Shown here: in pieces, positions 1-9,177 of the stretch | How the letters are laid out: every line of letters starts with the position of its first letter | Numbering within the stretch: position 1 is the stretch's first letter | Assembly: GCA_026391695.1 (NCBI GenBank) | Contig: JAPLDP010000068.1 | Span: forward strand, 4,305-68,304 | Length of the DNA: 64,000 bases | Source: Bacteroidota bacterium | GTDB taxonomy: Bacteria; Bacteroidota; Bacteroidia; Bacteroidales; JAGONC01 | Reading direction: 5' to 3' | Program-made: the position numbers and the translations under genes | The notes under the pieces: model-generated | Databases searched by the model: none | The model's input: the letters and a program-made list of their open reading frames with translations, nothing else | What the model was told of the DNA's origin: nothing

Positions 1-75
1 ACTTGTAAAACAAACATAATCAATGGGATTGAAATTTTTTTTATTTAAAACTTGCATTCGTATATATTTTTATTA

Positions 76-83
76 TAACTTTG
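76..83 (+). promoter_or_regulatory. Bacteroidota-type -7 promoter box TAACTTTG (consensus TAnnTTTG)
   Basis: Exact TAnnTTTG match 43 nt upstream of the ATG at 127. An AGGAGG Shine-Dalgarno lies at 117-122. Confidence 0.5.
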
Positions 84-126
84 TTGTGCGTCTGGAAAGA
101 GTCGCATAGCGTCTCAAGGAGGGGAC

Positions 127-1110
127 ATGTTCCCCATCACCAGTCGCTTTTTTTATTTCTGCAAATTCCTTTTTATGTATTTCTGTTACATTGATGAGGC
201 GGGGACTCCTGATATGAGTGACGCCTCAACTCATTTTGTATTAACCGGATTTACTATTCCTGTTTGGAAATGGAAAACGTGTGAAATCGATATTAACAGA
301 ATTAAAAAGAAGTATAGCTTAGAAAACACGGAGATACATACTTCATGGATATTAAGAAATTATCATGAGCAAGAATTAATAAAGGATTTTGAGAAACTTC
401 CCAATTTTCAAAGGAAAAGCGAAGTTGAAAAATATAGAAATATCTATTTGCATAAATTACAATCAAATCCTAAATATAATAAAGCTTATAAACAAACAAA
501 AAAGAATTATATACACACTCGTGATTATATTCATTTGACTTTAAAAGAAAGGAAGGAATACATAACAGAACTTGTGACATGTATTGGTAAATGGGGATTC
601 GCAAGATTGTTTGCTGAATGTATTGACAAATTATACTGGAACCCTTCAGTCGCCAAACAATCAATTGATGAACAAGCGTTTGATCAGATTGTTTCCAGAT
701 TTGAACATTTTTTACAAATATTGGATGCCAGTCAAAAAACAGAACTCAGTTCTCCAAAGAGAGACATCTTAAATTATGGATTAATTATTCATGATAATAA
801 CGAAACAATAGCCAAAAAGCATACGCAATTAATGAAAGAATTTCATAAAAAGGGAACTTTATGGACAAAAATTAAAAACATAATTGAGACACCATTGTTT
901 GTAAATTCTCAATTGACAAGCATGGTTCAAATAGCTGATCTATGTTGTTATTTACTTAGACGATATGTTGAAAAGGGTGAGGAAGAATTATTCAAAGAAA
1001 TATATAAAAGGGCTGACAGGAAAGATGATGCTGTGGTTGGTATTAGGCATTATTCTGTACCCACATGTAAATGTATTATCTGTAAACATCATTCAAAAAT
1101 CGAAGAATAA
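127..1110 (+). CDS. DUF3800 family protein
   Basis: N-terminal CYIDEAGTP matches the YIDESG-type DUF3800 signature. The 327-aa ORF has a strong SD (AGGAGG) before the ATG at 127. An alternative start at 175 (MYFCYIDEAG) would put the motif at the extreme N-terminus, as is typical. Confidence 0.75.
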   Translation: MFPITSRFFYFCKFLFMYFCYIDEAGTPDMSDASTHFVLTGFTIPVWKWKTCEIDINRIKKKYSLENTEIHTSWILRNYHEQELIKDFEKLPNFQRKSEVEKYRNIYLHKLQSNPKYNKAYKQTKKNYIHTRDYIHLTLKERKEYITELVTCIGKWGFARLFAECIDKLYWNPSVAKQSIDEQAFDQIVSRFEHFLQILDASQKTELSSPKRDILNYGLIIHDNNETIAKKHTQLMKEFHKKGTLWTKIKNIIETPLFVNSQLTSMVQIADLCCYLLRRYVEKGEEELFKEIYKRADRKDDAVVGIRHYSVPTCKCIICKHHSKIEE

Positions 1111-1345
1111 ATTATTTATATATTTTTATTGATCCTCAAAAATATCTCCCTGATATTTTTCCCCATCATCCTTTTAATATTAGCTTCAAACCTTCTTTTG
1201 TTTGATGATGACTTTAATATATATTTCTCAATTAATGCATCAACCTCATCTTTCTTCAGAAATTTGATAAATGGGCAATATATGCGCCATAAACAAGCAT
1301 ATTTCTTATAGGGGAATATTCATTGAACACACTGACCTAACCAGG

Positions 1346-1610
1346 CTAAACAAAATAAATTACATCTGAAGCGTCTTTTACCTGTCCCCCATCAAAACGT
1401 TTCTTATGTTCAGGAATAATATCACACCCGTTTATCCGTAGGGCTTTTCCTGGCCGCGGCCTTGCTATCCATCCTGATAGCATTGGGTACCGTGAGTTTT
1501 CAGACCCTCCGGGTATCAACACGCAACCCCCTGAATGCACTCAAATACGAATGAAGAATGAGGTCGAATGGCTGAAGATCATGATCCGTAACAGATAATA
1601 TACTTCCCAT
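1346..1610 (-). pseudogene. possible frameshifted small ORF (unknown family)
   Basis: Two overlapping minus-strand reading frames: ATG at 1610 running to a stop at 1497, and a second frame from 1540 to 1346. They would fuse into a ~90-aa product by a 1-nt slip in the C5/G5 run at 1528-1532. The patch is locally GC-rich. Confidence 0.25.
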
Positions 1611-1696
1611 ATTTGTCGTTGGATGACTTTTCTCAAGATTATTTACATTTTATAAAAGCAAAGGGCATTTGAGTCGTTTGGTAATGACAATTGGCT

Positions 1697-1704
1697 TAAT
1701 TTTG
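1697..1704 (+). promoter_or_regulatory. -7 promoter box TAATTTTG
   Basis: Exact TAnnTTTG match 43 nt upstream of the ATG at 1748. Confidence 0.5.
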
Positions 1705-1747
1705 AAGTCAATTAAATTAGCAGAAAGGAAATTCTTTTATATATCCC

Positions 1748-4435
1748 ATGATCAAACATTTACTGTTCCTGTTACTGACTTTATTTATTTCGAGCTGCCT
1801 TGTCGCCGGTTATGAAGATTTCAAAGCCCTGACCAGGTATAATTATTATACAACCGAAAAAGCCGGACAGGTTCTTGTCTTGGTCCCCGAGGATTTGCTC
1901 AATAAAGAGATAAAGATCGACCTGGCATATAAATACCGTTATTTGGTCAGAGGTGTTCCGGTGGAAAAGGGAAAGACCAGAGGATTAATAAATTTTCCAC
2001 TCGATGCCTTCCCGGTTGGTACCGATACGATAGTTTGCTCATTTTATGTGGATAATATGTGGGTGAATTCAGCTTATGTTATTGTAATTAAGCTGCCTCC
2101 ACATCCTAATGAAGTAAAGATTGATCATTACAGCGGAGGTTTGATTGTTGATGACCTCCCTTTTTTCCCTTTTGGATTTTATTGTGGATCACCTGTTTAT
2201 CCTACATTTCCGGAAGAAGAATATGTGAAGGGATTCAACATGATGTCACCCTATCAGAAAATTGACAGGAAAACCCTTAAAGAGCGTAAGGCATACATGG
2301 ATCGCTGTGCTGAAATTGGAATGAAAGTGCATTATAATGTTCTGAGTGTATGTGGCGGCGGGGGAGAGAGTGAAGGCAGGAAATCCTATAAATCACAGCA
2401 GGAAAAACAAAAGTTATTAAGGAAAGAAATAGAATTGTTCCGCGACCATCCGGCTTTACTGGCATGGTATATCAGCGATGAACCTGACGGACAGGGTGTT
2501 CAGGCCGACTCACTTCGTGCAGCATATAATCTGATAAAAGAATTAGATCCCTATCATCCTGTTAGTATAGTATTCGTCACACCTTCTTCAGCCAAAGCTT
2601 ATAAAAATGTGATGGATATTGTGATGGCTGACCCATATCCCATTCCAAATGGTCCTGTGACAGAAGCTGACCAGGCGGCTAAGACACTTTTCAAGGATTT
2701 TTATCCTGAAAAACCCGTCTGGATCGTTCCACAGGCTTTCGGAGGCAACGAATGGTGGACACGTGAACCGACACCTCAGGAAGTGCGTACAATGACGTAC
2801 CTGGCGATCCTCAATAATGTTTCAGGGATTCAATATTTCATAAGGACAGGGCTTAATGCATTTCCAAAATCCACAATTATGTGGAGTGAATGCAGCACAG
2901 TTGCTCTTGAGACGGCTGAACTCACACCTTTCTTATTATCCTTTGAGGATCAACCTGAGGTTTCTTCATCGTCAGGGGATATAAGGACCAAAGCATGGGA
3001 AAAGGATGGTTCGACACTCATCATTGCCGTAAATACAAAAAACCAACCCGGACAATTTACAATTCGTATTGCTGACAGTGTTTACTCCGGTAAGGCCGAT
3101 GTTCTTTTTGAGAATAGAAAGATTGCCGTGAAAGAAGGCAGGATTGAGGATATAATTGATGGCCTTGGGACCAGGCTATATATATTAAGTATCCTTGACG
3201 AGCCCGATAAAATGCCTGTCAATCCACACAATTTGATTGTCGATCCAGGGTTTGAGAACAGTCCTGTACCCGGTATCCCATCAGCATGTTATGCAAAACC
3301 CGGGAAAGACAGAGGGGCAACCTATTTCACCGATTCCCGTGTTTCATTACAAGGCAGCCATTCAATCCGGCTTACCACACCAGTAAAAGAAAAAGGTGTC
3401 AGCCTCTCTTTTTATCCCATGCTTTTAAAAAATAAACGTTCCTATTCCTTATCAATATGGGCAAAAGCAAAACAAAGCCAGGATTATGCGATTTGGAAAG
3501 GGACAAATTTTATTTACAGGTTGTTTCACAGGAAACAGGCACCTGATAAGCAATTGCAATTTACTTTATCCCTGGGAAATAAATCGGGAAACTTCACTTT
3601 GAACTATGATTGGGAAAAGTATATTTTGAATTCCTGGGATATTCAGCCCGGGAAAGGAAACATCCATCTGTGTCCGGGGTTGGAATTGATCAGTAAGGGA
3701 ACAGCATGGTTTGACCTGATGGAACTCGTTCCGGACATTGAAATGACAGTGGAACCAGGCTTGGACACAGAGGGTATCAGGATCAACTTAAGCACGATCC
3801 ATCAGGGTGCATCCATCAGGTATACATTGGACGCAACAAATCCCGGTTTAAATTCTCCTTTATATTCAGAGCCAATACGCATAAGTAATTCTGCATTGCT
3901 TAAGGCTGCTGTTTTCTCAGAAAATCAGAAAATAGGATTTGCAGAACAGCATTTCCTGGTCAATAAGGCAACGGGAAAGAAAGTAAACTATATCAGCTCC
4001 TGTTCAAAACTTTATGATGGCAATGGCGATATAACACTTGTAGATGGCGTACTTGCCTCAGATAATTACAAAGATGGTCTATGGCAGGGATTCCTCCAGG
4101 ATGCCGACCTGATCATTGATCTTGGTGATGAAAAACAAATCAGTAAGATTTCTTCCGGTTACCTGCAGGATATTAATGTATGGATATGGCTCCCGACTTC
4201 AGTTGAATATTCTATTTCGTTGGATGGTTTGACTTACAGCATCGTAAAAAACTTACCCGATACTATTTCCGAAAGAAAGGGCGGCAGCTTCAGGCAGGAA
4301 TTTACTTCTTCTTTTGAACCTGTAAATGCAAAATATATAAGTATAAAAGCAAAAAGCATCGGTGTTTGTCCCGACTGGCATAAGGGCAGGGGCGGTAAAG
4401 CGTGGGTATTTATAGATGAATTAACCGTGGAATAG
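1748..4435 (+). CDS. secreted lipoprotein glycoside hydrolase with carbohydrate-binding and discoidin-like modules
   Basis: Lipoprotein signal (LFISSC). WYISDEPDG-type (beta/alpha)8 glycosidase signature. A CBM-like module starts at NLIVDPGFEN. IRYTLDATNPG...LLKAAVF resembles the chitobiase/hexosaminidase C-terminal module. The C-terminal F5/8-type-C-like module ends WVFIDELTVE. Confidence 0.7.
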   Translation: MIKHLLFLLLTLFISSCLVAGYEDFKALTRYNYYTTEKAGQVLVLVPEDLLNKEIKIDLAYKYRYLVRGVPVEKGKTRGLINFPLDAFPVGTDTIVCSFYVDNMWVNSAYVIVIKLPPHPNEVKIDHYSGGLIVDDLPFFPFGFYCGSPVYPTFPEEEYVKGFNMMSPYQKIDRKTLKERKAYMDRCAEIGMKVHYNVLSVCGGGGESEGRKSYKSQQEKQKLLRKEIELFRDHPALLAWYISDEPDGQGVQADSLRAAYNLIKELDPYHPVSIVFVTPSSAKAYKNVMDIVMADPYPIPNGPVTEADQAAKTLFKDFYPEKPVWIVPQAFGGNEWWTREPTPQEVRTMTYLAILNNVSGIQYFIRTGLNAFPKSTIMWSECSTVALETAELTPFLLSFEDQPEVSSSSGDIRTKAWEKDGSTLIIAVNTKNQPGQFTIRIADSVYSGKADVLFENRKIAVKEGRIEDIIDGLGTRLYILSILDEPDKMPVNPHNLIVDPGFENSPVPGIPSACYAKPGKDRGATYFTDSRVSLQGSHSIRLTTPVKEKGVSLSFYPMLLKNKRSYSLSIWAKAKQSQDYAIWKGTNFIYRLFHRKQAPDKQLQFTLSLGNKSGNFTLNYDWEKYILNSWDIQPGKGNIHLCPGLELISKGTAWFDLMELVPDIEMTVEPGLDTEGIRINLSTIHQGASIRYTLDATNPGLNSPLYSEPIRISNSALLKAAVFSENQKIGFAEQHFLVNKATGKKVNYISSCSKLYDGNGDITLVDGVLASDNYKDGLWQGFLQDADLIIDLGDEKQISKISSGYLQDINVWIWLPTSVEYSISLDGLTYSIVKNLPDTISERKGGSFRQEFTSSFEPVNAKYISIKAKSIGVCPDWHKGRGGKAWVFIDELTVE

Positions 4436-4440
4436 CCTCA

Positions 4441-4475
4441 AGCTGGAAGCTTGCAGCTTGTAGCTTGCAGCTTAT
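4441..4475. repeat. heptanucleotide tandem array, 5 units (AGCTGGA AGCTTGC AGCTTGT AGCTTGC AGCTTAT)
   Basis: Read directly from the sequence. It lies between the glycosidase stop (4435) and the symporter ATG (4489). Confidence 0.9.
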
Positions 4476-4488
4476 AAATATCATCCAT

Positions 4489-6282
4489 ATGATTCTAAAC
4501 CTTGCGGATTGGTCAATAATTGTTGCCTATTTCATACTCTCGTTGATTATTGGTATTATAGCTTCAAAGAAATCGGGGAAAAGCTATACCGAATTTTTTC
4601 TGTCAGGACGCAACATGCCCTGGTGGTTACTGGGTGTGTCGATGGTAGCAACAACATTCTCCTGTGATACACCGAACCTGGTCACTGACATTGTCCGTCA
4701 AAATGGTGTTGCCGGTAACTGGGCATGGTGGGCTTTCCTATTAACCGGAATGCTGACGGTGTTTATTTATGCCAAGCTATGGCGACGTTCAAAGGTGCTT
4801 ACTGACCTGGAGTTTTATGAGATACGTTACAGCGGTAAAATGGCTGCTTTTGTCCGTGGATTCAGGGCATTATACCTGGGTTTTTTCTTTAATATCCTTA
4901 TCATGGCCCTTGTGTCGCTGGCCCTTATTAAGATTGGGGCAGTGATGATGGGCTGGCCTCCAGCCTTGACAATGATCATCGCATTGGTCATAACTGCCCT
5001 TTACAGCACTCTTGGTGGATTGCGAGGAGTTTTATTCACGGATTTCTTCCAGTTTCTTCTTGCTATGGCAGGCGCTATTGGTGCTGCTTTAATTGTAGTA
5101 AGGTTACCTCAGGTCAATGGCATCCATGGATTGATCACAAATGTCGCTGTCATGCCGAAACTTAACCTGTTACCTGATTTTTCGAATAGAGATGCGCTTA
5201 TTACACTTTTAATACTCCCTCTGGCTGTTCAATGGTGGAGTGTATGGTATCCTGGTTCCGAGCCGGGTGGCGGAGGCTATATAGCCCAGCGTATGTTATC
5301 GGCCCGGTCGGAAAAAGGCGCTATAAAGGCTACATTAATTTTTAATGCAATGCATTACGCTCTTCGACCCTGGCCATGGATCATTGTAGCTCTGGCTTCA
5401 CTCATCGTATTCCCTGACATCGCATCGCTTCAGTCTGCTTTTCCTAATGCTGATCCTCATTTTGTTAAAAATGACTTTGCCTATCCGGCAATGCTAAGTC
5501 TTTTACCGAACGGATTTATCGGCATCGTTGTTGCATCTTTACTGGCAGCCTACATGTCTACTATTTCGACACATCTGAACTGGGGATCGTCATACATAGT
5601 CAACGATTTTTATAAGCGATTTATCAACCCTGCTGCTGGTGAAAAACGTCTGGTTCTGGTTGGACGGCTATCTATTGTATTTCTCATGATCATGACTGTA
5701 ATCTTCGCCCTGTTACTAAGCAATGCACTGCAGGCATTTAACATCGTTCTTCAGATCGGAGCAGGAACAGGACTTATCTTTATCCTTCGCTGGTTCTGGT
5801 GGCGTGTGAATGCATATAGCGAGATCACGGCCATGATCGTTTCCTTCGTAATCGCATTATATTTTCAGTTTATCCATCCCTTAACCGGATTACCAATACT
5901 CAGCACTGCAATGCAACTGGTTGTGGGCGTCGGTGTCACATCCTTTTCCTGGATATTGGTCGCTCTGACGACTAAACCAGCAGATACTAAAACACTTAGA
6001 AAGTTTTACCGACTTATCCAGCCAGGAGGACCAGGATGGAAAAAAGTGGTAAAACAGGCCAGAGCAGATAATGATCCTGTCGATACAAGTGACAAAGGCG
6101 GGTGGGATGTGCCAATTGGAATTCTTTGCATGGTGCTGGGATCCGTGTTCATCTACAGTATGTTATTTTCAATCGGAAACTGGATATATGAAGAATATAT
6201 GCTTGCAATAATACTAACAGCAATCGTTATAATCTCAGGATTTTTTTTGTTCCGGGTATGGAGGAAGCTTAAAATGGATTAA
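4489..6282 (+). CDS. sodium:solute symporter (SSS) family transporter
   Basis: Polytopic membrane protein with an SSS-type GGLRGVLFTDFFQF motif. The ORF-track start at 4465 is a TTG inside the heptamer array, so the ATG at 4489 (MILNLADWS) is preferred. Confidence 0.85.
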   Translation: MILNLADWSIIVAYFILSLIIGIIASKKSGKSYTEFFLSGRNMPWWLLGVSMVATTFSCDTPNLVTDIVRQNGVAGNWAWWAFLLTGMLTVFIYAKLWRRSKVLTDLEFYEIRYSGKMAAFVRGFRALYLGFFFNILIMALVSLALIKIGAVMMGWPPALTMIIALVITALYSTLGGLRGVLFTDFFQFLLAMAGAIGAALIVVRLPQVNGIHGLITNVAVMPKLNLLPDFSNRDALITLLILPLAVQWWSVWYPGSEPGGGGYIAQRMLSARSEKGAIKATLIFNAMHYALRPWPWIIVALASLIVFPDIASLQSAFPNADPHFVKNDFAYPAMLSLLPNGFIGIVVASLLAAYMSTISTHLNWGSSYIVNDFYKRFINPAAGEKRLVLVGRLSIVFLMIMTVIFALLLSNALQAFNIVLQIGAGTGLIFILRWFWWRVNAYSEITAMIVSFVIALYFQFIHPLTGLPILSTAMQLVVGVGVTSFSWILVALTTKPADTKTLRKFYRLIQPGGPGWKKVVKQARADNDPVDTSDKGGWDVPIGILCMVLGSVFIYSMLFSIGNWIYEEYMLAIILTAIVIISGFFLFRVWRKLKMD

Positions 6283-6285
6283 TAT

Positions 6286-7194
6286 ATGAAACCAGCATTA
6301 TTGATTATGGCTGCCGGTATCGGTAGCAGGTATGGAACTCTGAAACAGATGGATAGAGTTGGTCCATCAGGCGAAACCATCATCGACTATTCTGTCTTCG
6401 ATGCCATAAGAGCTGGATTTGAAAAGGTAGTTTTTATTATCCGGAGGGATATAGAAAATGATTTCAAAGAGGTTGTTTTGAGGAAACTTGAAGGCAAAGT
6501 CAATCTTGATTATGTATTTCAGGAACTTTCCAGTATCCCTCCAGGTTCCTTGGTTCCTGCTGATCGCCTGAAGCCATGGGGCACGGGGCATGCTGTGTTA
6601 ATGGCAGCTGATAAAATAAAAACACCATTTGCTGTTATCAATTCCGACGATTATTATGGCTATAGTTCTTTTGATATGACCGCAAAATTTCTTTCCGGTC
6701 TACAAATGGATGACACAAATACATACTGTCTTGCCGGCTACCACATAAAAAATACCTTGTCGGAACATGGTTTTGTTTCCAGGGGAATATGTCAGATTTC
6801 TGCTGATGGTTATCTGAAAACTATCGTCGAAAGAACCCATGTTTCAAAAACAAAAAAGGATATCAGGTATCAGGATGAGGATGGGAATTTCAAATTACTA
6901 GATGAAAAAACCATTGTGTCGATGAATATATGGGGTTTTACACCATTATTATTTGTTTATCTCAAAAAATACTTTAATGAATTTATCAGGATAAATGCAG
7001 GGAGCATCAGCGCTGAGTTTTTATTGCCATCTGTCATTGGCGACCTTGTCAGTAAGGAAATAATCCAGGTTAAAGTCCTGGACAGTCATGAAAAATGGTT
7101 TGGAATGACCTATCAGGAAGACAGGGAAAAGGTTATTCACAATATCAGGAATCTTGTCGCAAAAGGGCGTTATCCTGAAAACCTCTGGAACTAA
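6286..7194 (+). CDS. sugar-phosphate (or LicC-like) nucleotidyltransferase
   Basis: N-terminal LIMAAGIGSRYG..K nucleotide-binding loop of the NTP-transferase fold, and KPWGTGHAV. It starts 4 nt after the symporter stop. Confidence 0.75.
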   Translation: MKPALLIMAAGIGSRYGTLKQMDRVGPSGETIIDYSVFDAIRAGFEKVVFIIRRDIENDFKEVVLRKLEGKVNLDYVFQELSSIPPGSLVPADRLKPWGTGHAVLMAADKIKTPFAVINSDDYYGYSSFDMTAKFLSGLQMDDTNTYCLAGYHIKNTLSEHGFVSRGICQISADGYLKTIVERTHVSKTKKDIRYQDEDGNFKLLDEKTIVSMNIWGFTPLLFVYLKKYFNEFIRINAGSISAEFLLPSVIGDLVSKEIIQVKVLDSHEKWFGMTYQEDREKVIHNIRNLVAKGRYPENLWN

Positions 7195-8270
7195 TGCAAA
7201 GTGACTTACTTTACAGAATACCATCAATTATCAGTTATTTTCTGATCAAGGGGAATTATTCAGGTTGCGAACCCTATGGTTCGGGACATATACATGATAC
7301 ATTTCTTATCAGGACTGGTCAAAAGGAGATGCCGGATTATATCCTTCAGAAGATCAACAATCATATTTTCAGGGACATTCCTGCTCTGATGGAAAATATC
7401 CAAATAGTGACCTCTCATATACGTAAACGCCTGATTTCTATACCTGGCAGTAATCCCGACAGGGAAACACTTATGTGTATCCCGGCAAATAATGGTCAAT
7501 TATATTATCAGGATTCTCAATCGGATTACTGGAGAGTTTATCAATATATTAATGATAGTTATACTTATCAAAAGGTAAGCGATGTGCACCAGGCTTTTGA
7601 GGCAGGCAGAATTATCGGCAGATTTCAGGCTTTGCTTTCTGACCTGGATGCCAACTTACATGAAACCATTCCAGGTTTCCATGATCTATTTAAACGTGAA
7701 ATGGAATTTGATAAGGCTGTTATGGATGATCCATTAAACAGGTTATTGAATATCAGGGAAGAATACACGTTTGTTAAAGCGCAGTGCGATAAGTTAAGAG
7801 AGATGAGTGATGAGTTACATACATTGGGAATACCTGTGAGAGTGACACATAATGATACCAAGTTCAATAATATCCTGTTTGATTCTGATGGACGTGCATT
7901 ATGTTTAATTGATCTTGATACTGTGATGCATGGATATATCCATTATGATTATGGTGATGCCATCAGGACCCTTGCCAATTCGGCTTCAGAAGATGAAGAG
8001 GATATTGAGAATGTACATTTTAATCATATATTCTATGAAGCCTTTAACAGGAGTTATTTACAGGAAGTTGAATCATTTTTTACCCCCGAAGAAAGAAAAT
8101 GGCTTCCTTTCTCACCAAACTATATGACTTTTATTATCGGACTGAGGTTTCTGACTGACTATTTAAATGGTGATAAGTATTTTAAGATCCATCGCCCAGA
8201 GCACAATTTAAAGAGAGCCAGGGTACAGTTCAGATTGATCCGGTGTATTGAAGAATACCAATCATCTTAA
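7194..8270 (+). CDS. APH/choline-kinase-fold small-molecule kinase (anomeric sugar kinase-like)
   Basis: Brenner catalytic motif VTHNDTKFNNILFD followed by LIDLD. The start overlaps the upstream stop as TAATG (7192-7196), suggesting translational coupling. Confidence 0.75.
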   Translation: MQSDLLYRIPSIISYFLIKGNYSGCEPYGSGHIHDTFLIRTGQKEMPDYILQKINNHIFRDIPALMENIQIVTSHIRKRLISIPGSNPDRETLMCIPANNGQLYYQDSQSDYWRVYQYINDSYTYQKVSDVHQAFEAGRIIGRFQALLSDLDANLHETIPGFHDLFKREMEFDKAVMDDPLNRLLNIREEYTFVKAQCDKLREMSDELHTLGIPVRVTHNDTKFNNILFDSDGRALCLIDLDTVMHGYIHYDYGDAIRTLANSASEDEEDIENVHFNHIFYEAFNRSYLQEVESFFTPEERKWLPFSPNYMTFIIGLRFLTDYLNGDKYFKIHRPEHNLKRARVQFRLIRCIEEYQSS

Positions 8271-8492
8271 CATTATAACTTTTCTGGTTTCCTGAAGCTC
8301 TCCAGCAATAAACCTATAATAATAGATTACGTTTCATTGTCTTCTTATTATATGAAGATGATTTTGGTATTTCAGACTAAGTTACGAAATATTAAGGGTA
8401 ACTCTTATTTTGATGTGCTGGAGATTGAGTAGTGTAGTTCTGAAATTAAAGATTTTATTCATAGATGCAGACTTTTTCATTATTTTTCTCTT

Positions 8493-8872
8493 CTTCTTTC
8501 TTTGTCTGCCACACAAAGAAAGAAGGAAATAAAAGTCACCGCTGCATAAAAATTACTAAAAATTGAGCACTCAGGCTAAAATTTATGAACTCCCCCGATT
8601 AAAATCGGGGTCAAACAGCATAAATTTTTTAACGCCTTCGTGCTCAATTTTTTTCACGTGATTTTTATGAGCGGAGTCCTTAAAATGCCTTAGGGTTTGC
8701 AGGCGGGGTACCCACTGGGCGAAGATTCCGTTAAAGCCAGACGGAGAAGTGAGGGAACGAAGTGACCGAACGGCTTGGCTGGCTTAGGAATCGAGCCCTA
8801 AGTGGGTCGCCGAAAACCCAGGCTGTCTTTTTCTTTTCGTACTTTTCTTTTGGACACGCAAAAGAAAAGTAC
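8493..8872. other. composite nested-hairpin element (candidate structured RNA or miniature element)
   Basis: Four components: a perfect 13-bp hairpin at 8493-8525 (loop CTGCCAC); a three-tier rod at 8558-8652 (13 + 10 + 6 bp); an imperfect ~127-nt rod at 8693-8819; and a perfect 14-bp hairpin at 8839-8872 (loop GACACG). The two bounding hairpins share a polypyrimidine/polypurine stem design. Confidence 0.5.
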
Positions 8873-9069
8873 ATCAAAAGAAAAACATTCTCAATCCAAT
8901 TCTCTTTTTCAATGAACATCACCTCTGTTCGCATTAAAACATACGAGAAAACATAACAATAAAAAAATAAATATATTCGAATTCAATTCTGCAAATTACT
9001 TTACCTGGCGCATCAAAATAGTATTTAGCCTCAAGAGATACTGATAACCACCAGGATCATGTTCGCTAG

Positions 9070-9117
9070 TGTACATTTTCGTATGAAAATGGACACAAAC
9101 CTATCAGAAAATGTACA
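9070..9117. promoter_or_regulatory. operator-like triple motif GAAAATGKACA
   Basis: TGTACATTTTC (9070-9080) and GAAAATGGACA (9085-9095) form an inverted pair 4 bp apart. A third copy, GAAAATGTACA, lies at 9107-9117, 22 bp (start to start) from the second copy. The site is 60-115 bp upstream of the -7 box at 9178. Confidence 0.4.
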
Positions 9118-9177
9118 TTATGTTATTATGTAAGAAACATAAAATCAGTACAATACATACTATGGCACAGTATTGGC

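Noticed and set aside
1129-1311. 60-aa ORF downstream of DUF3800, and the opposite-strand frame that reads KKDEVDALIEKYILK...
   Set aside because: The plus-strand ORF uses a non-ATG start and is low-complexity. The minus-strand frame has no start codon upstream of its last few residues. Neither has support.
8493-8872. The two similar palindromic hairpins (8493-8525 and 8839-8872) were considered as CRISPR repeats.
   Set aside because: There are only two copies, they are not identical, they lie ~345 bp apart (far beyond spacer length), and no cas genes are in the window.
8731-8956. ORFs 8731..8934 (-) and 8762..8956 (+) in the gene desert.
   Set aside because: They overlap each other on opposite strands and lie entirely within the hairpin element. 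They have low-complexity K/F/S-rich ends and no promoter or start context. They are best explained as translation of structured non-coding DNA.
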